Origin: an uncultured Clostridiaceae bacterium
GTDB lineage: Bacteria; Bacillota; Clostridia; Lachnospirales; Lachnospiraceae
NCBI GenBank assembly: GCA_947175805.1
Contig: CAMWOF010000001.1
Span: 1 to 31,915 of the forward strand
DNA length: 31,915 nt
Direction of reading: 5' to 3'
The translations under genes were made by a program, and so were the position numbers. Shown here piece after piece: positions 1-9,000 of this stretch. Every line of letters begins with the position of its first letter. Position 1 is the first letter of the stretch. Below the pieces are notes generated by a model, which was not told the origin of the DNA, did no database searches, and saw only the letters and a program-made list of their open reading frames with translations.

Positions 1-1
1 G

Positions 2-3000
2 AATATAGATATCACAAATTCGTCAGTCGAGGTGCCTAAAGGTGTGACTGTGCCGGCATCTAACGGCTTCACCATGGGTGGTACATCGAGAATTGCGAAT
101 ATCATCCTGTTAGAAGGGACATTGGCAGGCGAATATGTGGCGGATACATGCGAGTATACATATTTTTATATGTTGAGTGGCGGAGAGATTTCAAATGCAG
201 GATTTAATGAAATGGCGGTGAAATATTATCCGGTGACGTTAGATTACAATGCGGACGAAATCACAATTACACAATCTAACCTTGGTTCTATGGCACTTCG
301 TCCGGAGCTTGTGTTTGCGGAGAGTAATGAGGTTGCGAGCATTAGCTGTGTGCCGAAAGCAGGCTTCAATCTGGGAGAGGGAACTTACCAGCAGGAGGGG
401 GATGCCACTGCTTCTCAGATGAAGAAAGAGGAAAACGGTCAGACGGCCACATATACTTTCGACATGAAAGAAAAGCCGGTGACAGTGACGATTGCATGTG
501 CGGGTAATAAAATTTCCGTGGGCAAATCTGTGGCCGACCCGGTGGCGATTCTAAGCCACACATATACATCAGAAGAGCCATTGTATGATTTTGCAACGCT
601 GATGATTTACAACGATGGAACAGAGGGTGAATTAGGCTACGCTTTGGCTGACGGTCAGGTTTTGCCGGCAGGGCTTTCACTGACAGATGATGGGAAGCTT
701 ATCGGCACCCCGACAACAGTGAACGAAGCAGGTACCCAGGTAACCTTTGTGGTGACAGGCAGGAATGGCACGACAGCGGAGCTAATACTGAATATTATCG
801 TGTCTGCCGATGGGAATGCGTCTCAGACCAATCAGGACGGACGTATTCTTGTAGATGATGAAGCAAAGACCATCAATTGTCTGGGCAGCTCGGTGCTGAT
901 TGAGGCATGCGATGCAGGTACGGCAATCTACATAGATGAAGACAGGGATGGTGTGGCAGATTATGCGGAGCCGGCGGCAAAGGGCGATTTTTCCACATAT
1001 ACGCTTTACGGCTTAAAAGATTATGACAGCCAAAGACCGCTGCAGATTATCATGAAGGGCGGTGCGTTGGATTACCTTTATGGCGCATATAACGGCGATG
1101 TTACCGCAGAGCAGGAAACAGACAATATCTATATCTCTGTTCAGGGCGGCAGCGTGAAAATCTTGAATGGCGCTTATACTGCAGAGATTGCAGGGGGCAT
1201 TCGCATAGAGAGGACGGCTGCCGGTACGGTGAACAGCCTGAACACATGTGACAGCCGTACGACGTATCAATACATCTGGTTGGATCAGGCTGGCACTGTG
1301 ACAGTGACAGGCGACTATACGTTGACGAAGGATGTGACGGTAACCAACTTTACTATTGCTGCCGGCACTTATCAAAAGAATCATAGTGTTACAGTCAATC
1401 CTGATGTGACGCTGAACGTAACAGGGAATATTTATCAGTATGCTTATACGAATCTGTACAACAAGGGTACAGTCAGTACAAAAACATATACAAACAACTC
1501 TAGTACTTCTGCGCATTTTGTGACAGAGGGCGCAAAGCTGCTGCCAGAGGATAATACTTTCAATTATATTTATTATCCGATGACGATATCTTGTGAGGAT
1601 TTGCCGAAAAATGCGAAAGCGCCGTGGTTTGATAATAGTGTGAAGACCTATGAGGATGTGGTATATGGTTCTCCGTCGGCATCTACATATTTTAATTATG
1701 CACTGGTAGCGGGTTATACAGCTTATTATAGACTGAATGACGGCCAGGAAACAGTATTAGGGACAATTTCCGTGGGAGCGGGAACCAATAATAAATATGT
1801 TTACAGTGAACGAAAGCCAACGAATATCCATGTATTCTATGTGCCGAATGAGATTGCGGCAAAGGTAAAGTTTAGTGTTCCAACAGCAGAGGTTAACATG
1901 AAATACGATGCGGAAAATCCGCTGTATGATTGTGCTGCATCCATTGAGATTAGCAATGATACTGATTCTGAGCATGGCGGAAAGATGCTGTATCAGGTCA
2001 AGAAGGGCAGCAGCCTTCCTGCAGGACTTCGCCTGGAGGATGGCAAAATTGTCGGAACGCCGTCTGCAGCAACGAACGGAGCTGTGCCGGTAACACTGCT
2101 GATTACAGGTAGAAACGGCATGGTGACAGAGGCGTCATTGGAAGTTTCGGTGGTAGAAGAAGCAGAGCCTGTGCGGGATATCAATGAAATGATTTCACTA
2201 AGCGGCAGTATGCTGGATTTAAAGGGTACATCTGTTGTTATTTATGCGGATGCATCCAGCAGCAGTTATTGTAATATTTATCTGGATGAGAATCATGATG
2301 GTATTGCAGATAACGACTTGCCTTTTAAGGTAAATGGTTCTGCAAAGCTGTCATTGTCAAATGTAACGATATATGGCTGGCAGAATACAAGTGCGGCTTA
2401 TGATGGGGATATTACGATTTATGCTTACGGAGGCACCATCGGTTCTGTTTACGGCGTATATAGCAGTTCCAGTAGCCAAATTGCAGAGGTTAACGGTAAG
2501 GTGTCTCTGTATATGCAGGGCACTAGGGTAAATACCTGTACGGCAGCAGGCTACCGGGCGTCTGCAAAGGAGTTGAATTTATACTGTACCGCAGGGACTC
2601 TGTATTATAATGTCTATGGGGCGTATGAGCCGGCATCGGTGGAGACCGTACACTTTGCCTTCACAAAGGATGCCCTATTTTACGGCGGCTCCAATAGCAG
2701 ATATTATATGGCGGTTACCCAGGGTGGTACTGTGACAGGGAATGTATATGCACAGGTAGGAGGCGCTGGCACGAGCTACGGCTTTGGCAATAGTTATGGC
2801 AGATTCTATGGCGTGTATAATACCGAGGTTTCCGGCAGTGTGGATTACAGTATTCAAGGAAATTGGAGACCGCAATATGAAAACCATTTTGCAAGATTTG
2901 CTACCATTACAGGTGATATGGATATAGATTGGCAGAATGGATATGTTACTACGGGTAACAGCACGACTACGTACAGAGAGTTTGCTTATGATTCTGTGAT

Positions 3001-6000
3001 AAGGAATTTAACCGTGAATGTGGCTGCAGATGCTGTGATGTCTTCGTCCAGCGCAATGTATCCGTATTATAGCGGTAGGATTCAGAATGTATACATGTAT
3101 GTGCCGGATGCGCTGTCATCTGTGGTATCAACAGCGCTGTTAACTCCAAACACCTCAGAATTTCCGGTAAAGTGCGGATATCTGTATAATAAGGGAGCTG
3201 TCTGGGTATCCGGTGAGTATACGTTGACAGAGGATTTGAATACAACAACTCTCATGATACATAGCAACGGTAAACTCATTATCCCGGAGAATGTGGCATT
3301 GACGACTTCCTCAAATGTTAACTGCTATGGCATCATTGAGAATGAAGGCACGCTTACTACAAATACAACCAATGTTTACCCTCCTAATGTTACCGTATAT
3401 GCAGGTGCATTGGTTGCAAATGAGGGAACCTGGACGTCTGAATGTCCGGTTAACTGTTATGAGGCAATTGAGAACGAGGGCATATGGAATGCAAAGAACA
3501 CTGTGCAGTTAAATGCGAATGCGACAATTAGTAACAGTGGGCAATGGAATGCGGAGAAACAGGTGACTTTGTACCAGGGTGCGGCTATCTCAAATAAGAA
3601 TCTCTGGAATGTCAAAACAGGCAGCATCGTGTACCTGAATGCAGCAGCAGCCAAGGTAACAAATGAAGGAGAGTGGAATACAGACGGTCGGGTTATCCTG
3701 AATTATGCAGATGACGTGGTTGAGAACAGCGGTACTTGGAATATGAACCATGGTGTCTATATCAATAAAGGAAAGGTGGAGAATTCCGGCACCTTTAACG
3801 GTAAATACTATTCTGCATCCTTTGATGGGTGTGTATATGTTTGTAACGGAGGTACGGCTGTCAATACCGGAAACTGGATGGGTAATGCCTATATCGATTT
3901 GACTAGCGGTACTATGGATAATGCCGGTTCACTGGAGATAAATCTGCGTTCGACAACAGATACTACGAATTATAATCTGCACTTGAATAATGCAACCTGC
4001 ATGCTCATCAACCGTGAGGACGCTGTTTTAAAGCTGATGGCAAGAGTATATAACTATAGCGGAAAGATTGTAAACTATGGCACGGTGAAACAAACGTACC
4101 AGAGCACTAACACCAGTTACATGAATCTTGGCAATGTTTATGCGGCGAAGCCGGTAACGCTGTCCGGTGACATTGCAAACTATACAGGTACGAATTTCTA
4201 CTATCCTGCAGTTGTGGATTATCCAGAGACTGCGGTAAGCGGTGCAACACTGGCTACCACATATAGCAGCGGTGTAGAGGGGGATGAGAACCAGTACCTG
4301 AAAGCAAGGGAGAAGTTTACTGTCACGCTGGCAGGTTACGTCGGCGATTATACGAAGGCGGATGTACAGTCCGTTGTCTACGGCTCTGCAGAAGCTGAGG
4401 CGACGGGAACAAACACGGAGAATCAGTGGCAGGGCACCATGCCGCAGGAGAGCATCGCGGTGAAGGTGAACATCGTAAAGAATGATGCGTCACAGATTGA
4501 GATTACGCCGGGCGAGGTGACAATTGAAAAGCTGACGGTGAACCAGAGAAATAATTCCATTTACGATTTGAAAAATTTGGTTGTCACAAATGACGATGGA
4601 ACAGAGGGGCAGGTATCTTATGCAGTCAGCAGTACGAAGCCGCTTCCAGAGGGCTTAACCTTAAGTAATGGTGTGATTTCCGGTACGCCGAAGTATGCCA
4701 GCAGTGAGCCATATACGGCGGAGATTATTGTCACCGGAAAGAACCTGACAACGGCGGTTCTGAAGTTGACCTTTACACAGATAGAAAAGGCGGTGCCGAG
4801 CCTTACTGTACCGACAGGACTTTGGGGCTATACGAACTATAAGCTGTCACAGGTATACGGTATGCCGAAGCCGAGCACGGGTACTTATAGCTGGCCGGAT
4901 GCTACCTTGGATATTACGGAGAAATGCATTGCGGGCGAGAAGTTTGACCTTTACTTTACACCGGTGGATACGGATAATTACGATTGGTCTAAAGTGAATA
5001 TCTCTGCCGGCACGTGGAATGAGGAAGAGAAAAGGGTAGAGTGTAAGGTTGCTATAACCATGTATACGATTGCCCCGAGCTATACCACGCCAACGGATAT
5101 TACGGCGGTGTACGGGCAGACGTTAGAAGATGTGAAGCTGCCGTCTGATGAAAATGGCGCATTTGTATGGAGGACGCCGTCAACATCGGTGGGAAATGTT
5201 GGAAACAAGAGCTTTTACGCAAGCTATGTACCGACAGATACGAAACGGTACTCTACTGTCAATCTATACATTACGGTGACGGTACAGCCAAAAGAAGTAA
5301 CGGCAAAGATTCCGGAGGGGCTGAAGACATATAAAGACAATACCATCGGACAGGTGGAGCTGCCGAAGGCAGAGGGCGGTACTTATAAGTGGCTGACTGC
5401 AGCCTCCACTGTGGTAAAGGAGAATACCAAATATAAAGCGGTATTTATTCCTGACGAAAACACAAATTATAAATGGATTGTCAGTGATGGGCTGACTTAC
5501 AGCGAAGCTTACAAGGGTTACGTATTTGAGGTCGAGATTACGGTTGTCTATCATGAGGAGGGCAAGCATACCTATGAGACGAAGTATGATGGCACGTATC
5601 ACTGGAAGGAGTGTATCTGCGGAGATATTACGGATAAGGCGAAGCATACGCTGGGTGATTTGAAGATTAATGGTGATACCCATATTGCTACTTGTACCTT
5701 TGACGGCTGTGAGTATCAGGAAGAGAACTCCCACAGCTATGAGAAGAAGGTGGGAACGACAGAGCATTGGTATGAGTGTGCATGCCATGATGTCATCAAT
5801 AGAGCGACACATTATTATTCGAGGACTGTGTATAACGAGACAGAGCATTGGAGGGAGTGCAGCTGTGGCGCACAAACAGATAAGACAGCGCATGCCTACA
5901 ATACAAACAAGTCTGACAGCAGTTCCCACTGGAAACAGTGTAGCTGTGGCGCTAAGACAGATGTAGAAACACATAAATTTGAAACATTAAAGTATGATGG

Positions 6001-9000
6001 GCAGAATCATTGGTATGAGTGCGCATGTGGTGTAAAGAATAACGTTGCGGCACATACATACGGAAAATGGCTGTGTGACGAGGAGGAGGATAACCATTAC
6101 GCATTATGTGACTGTGGAGCGAAAATAACGGCAGAACACAAGTATAGCGACTGCGTGTCCACTGGAAAGAGCCAGCACAAGGAGGTCTGTGAGGACTGTG
6201 GCAGAGAGATTATAACAGACCATACCTGGGATGCAGGTGTCGTGACAGTTTCGCCGACAGAAGTAAAGACCGGCTTGAAGATATATACTTGTATAGCCTG
6301 TGGCGAGAAGAAAGAGGAGGTGCTGCCGAAAAATGAGCCTCCGCACCCGAATAATGAGCATATTAGGGCTTATGATGAAAACGAGCATTGGGAGGTCTGC
6401 GATGACGGGGACGGATATGAATTTGTAGAGACGAGAGAGTCCCATACCTTTACCGATTGGCAGATTGATGACAAGACGGGTATGCATTGGAAAGAGTGTA
6501 CAGTCTGCGGATACAAGAAGCAGCTAGGCACCCATACATGGAAGACCGTGTATAACGCAGAGAACCATTGGCAGGAGTGTGGCGTCTGTGGTTTGAAGAA
6601 GTCATCTGGAACACATTCCTATGTAAAACGCACAGACGAGGTCAACCACTGGCAGGAGTGTAGCTGTGGCAGGAGAATAGAGATAGAGCAGCATTCTTAT
6701 CGCTCCTATTCTTTCGATGCAAATGGTCATTGGGATGAATGTTCCTGTGGTAAGCGGGCAAATGAGGCCGCACACAGCTATGGCAAATGGCAGCCGACAG
6801 AAGATGGCAGCAAGCATTATCATGAGTGGGTATGCGAGTACAAAGAGGAGGCTGAACATTCTGCAGATTATGTTTGGACGTCTGACGGAGCGGAGAATCA
6901 CATCGGCAAATGTGAGCAATGCGGCGGCAATTCCACGACAGAGAAGCATGTATGGGATGCGGGCAAGGTGACAGTTTCGCCGACTGTATCTGCAGATGGT
7001 GTAAGAACCTACACATGTACGAAGTGTAAGGCGACGAAGACTGAGAAAATCGATAAGCTTGCGGCAAGCCATACACATTCCTTCACCGATTGGACATCTG
7101 ATGCTTCTGAGCATTGGAAAGTGTGCAATTGTGGTGATGAAGCGGACAGAGCAGCGCATAGATGGAATGCGGGAACTGTGACCCAGGAGCCGACAGAGAC
7201 GGAAACAGGCATTAAGACCTATCGGTGTACTGTCTGCGGCCGGGAGAAAACAGAGGAGCTTGCGAAGCTGCCGCATACGCACAAATATAGTGAGGAATAT
7301 ACCTATAATGAGACGTATCACTGGAAAGCGTGCAGTTGTGGTGCGGTGACGGCAAGGGCGGCGCATCAATGGGATAAGGGAACTGTTTTGAAGCCTGCAA
7401 CCATAGAGGAGACGGGTGTTATGCAGTACCAGTGTACCATCTGCGGAGCAGTGAAGCAGACCGTACTGCCAAAACTCACAGAGGCACACGAGCACAGCTT
7501 TGGTGATTGGATTGCATCAGACGATATTAACCATACACGTACCTGCAGCTGCGGCAATCAGGAGACAAGGGCGCACAGCTTTGGCTACTGGACAAAGGAT
7601 GACGCTGAGAATCATAAGAAGACATGTAGGGTTTGCGGTCATGCAATATATGAGGCGCATGCATGGGATGCCGGAAAAGTAACGAAAGAGGCAGACGAGG
7701 ATGAGCTGGGTGTGATTACCTATACATGTAGGACCTGCGGCGAGACGAAGGAGAAGACTTATACTTTAGGAGATCATATTCATTCTTATGGTGATGCCCA
7801 GATGAGGGATGAACAAAAACATATGAAGATATGCCAGGATGCTACCTGCGGACATATGCTTTTGGAGAATCATATATGGGATGCCGGAAAAGTAACGGCA
7901 GCGGCAACGGAAACAAAGGCGGGTACTATCACATATACCTGTGAGGAATGTGGTTATAAGAAGACGGAGGCGATAGAAAAGCATGCCCATGAATGTGATG
8001 CATGGGAGGCAGCAGAAGACGGCGTTCATCACATCGGCACATGTATTTACGGTGATCAGGATATGACAGAAGAGCATACATGGAATGATGGTGTGATAAC
8101 AGTTCCGGCAACGGAGGCAGCAGTCGGCGCTAAATTATACACATGTACGAAGTGTGGGGCAGAAAAGACAGAGGTGATTCCAAAGCATGAGCATGCCTAT
8201 GGAGACTGGGTGGCTGATGGAGAAAAGAACCATAAAAAGCTCTGTGAGTGTGGCGAGACGGTAACTGCACCGCATGATTGGGATGCAGGCTATATCACAA
8301 AACCGGCGACAACTACGGAAGAAGGAGAGATTACTTATACCTGTGAGGACTGTGGCGGCACAAAGGTGTCACCTCTGGCGAAGGTTCCGGAAAACCATAA
8401 GCATAAAAATGTATGGGTAAAGAAGAATGCAGATATTCATGTGGAGATGTGTAATGGCTGCGGTCTGCCGACAGGTCAGCAGGCACCGCATGATTGGGAT
8501 GCAGGTGAGGTGACAGTTGAGCCGACGGAGGCCACAGAGGGTGTCAGAACCTACCATTGTACGGTGTGTGATGCCAAGAAGAAAGAAACCATTGCCAAGC
8601 TGGGGCATTCCTATGGTGAGTGGATAAAGAACGATCAGGATACCCATAAAAAGGTCTGCGCTTGTGGAGATGTGGTGACAGAGGCACACAGTTGGAATGC
8701 AGGCGAGGTAACCACTGCGGCAACAGCCCAGGCAGAGGGTGTTAAGACCTATACCTGTACAGTCTGCGGGGAGACAAAGACGGAGGCGATTGCTAAGCTG
8801 CCGCCAGAAACTCCAGAAGAACCAGAACCGAAGGAGGTAGGTGCAGAGTTTACTGATGAGCAGAGCAAGGCGAAGTTTACTGTGGTGGACCCGGCAAGCA
8901 TTGACAGCGAAGATAAGGATACCTCACCGGCAGTTATCTATACCGGTTCTGTGGATGCGAATGCACAGGAGATTATCATACCGGATACCATCACGGTAGA

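Noticed and set aside
5264-7495. Long antisense ORFs (236 aa at 5264-5974, 297 aa at 6602-7495) and similar ORFs opposite rpoB/rpoC
   Set aside because: They lack RBS or recognisable motifs and are shadow frames of strongly coding genes.
5552-8800. Multiheme cytochrome c / nanowire interpretation of the Cys-His array
   Set aside because: No CxxCH heme-attachment motif is present; the Cys pairs are followed by Gly (the single CACH is CxCH).
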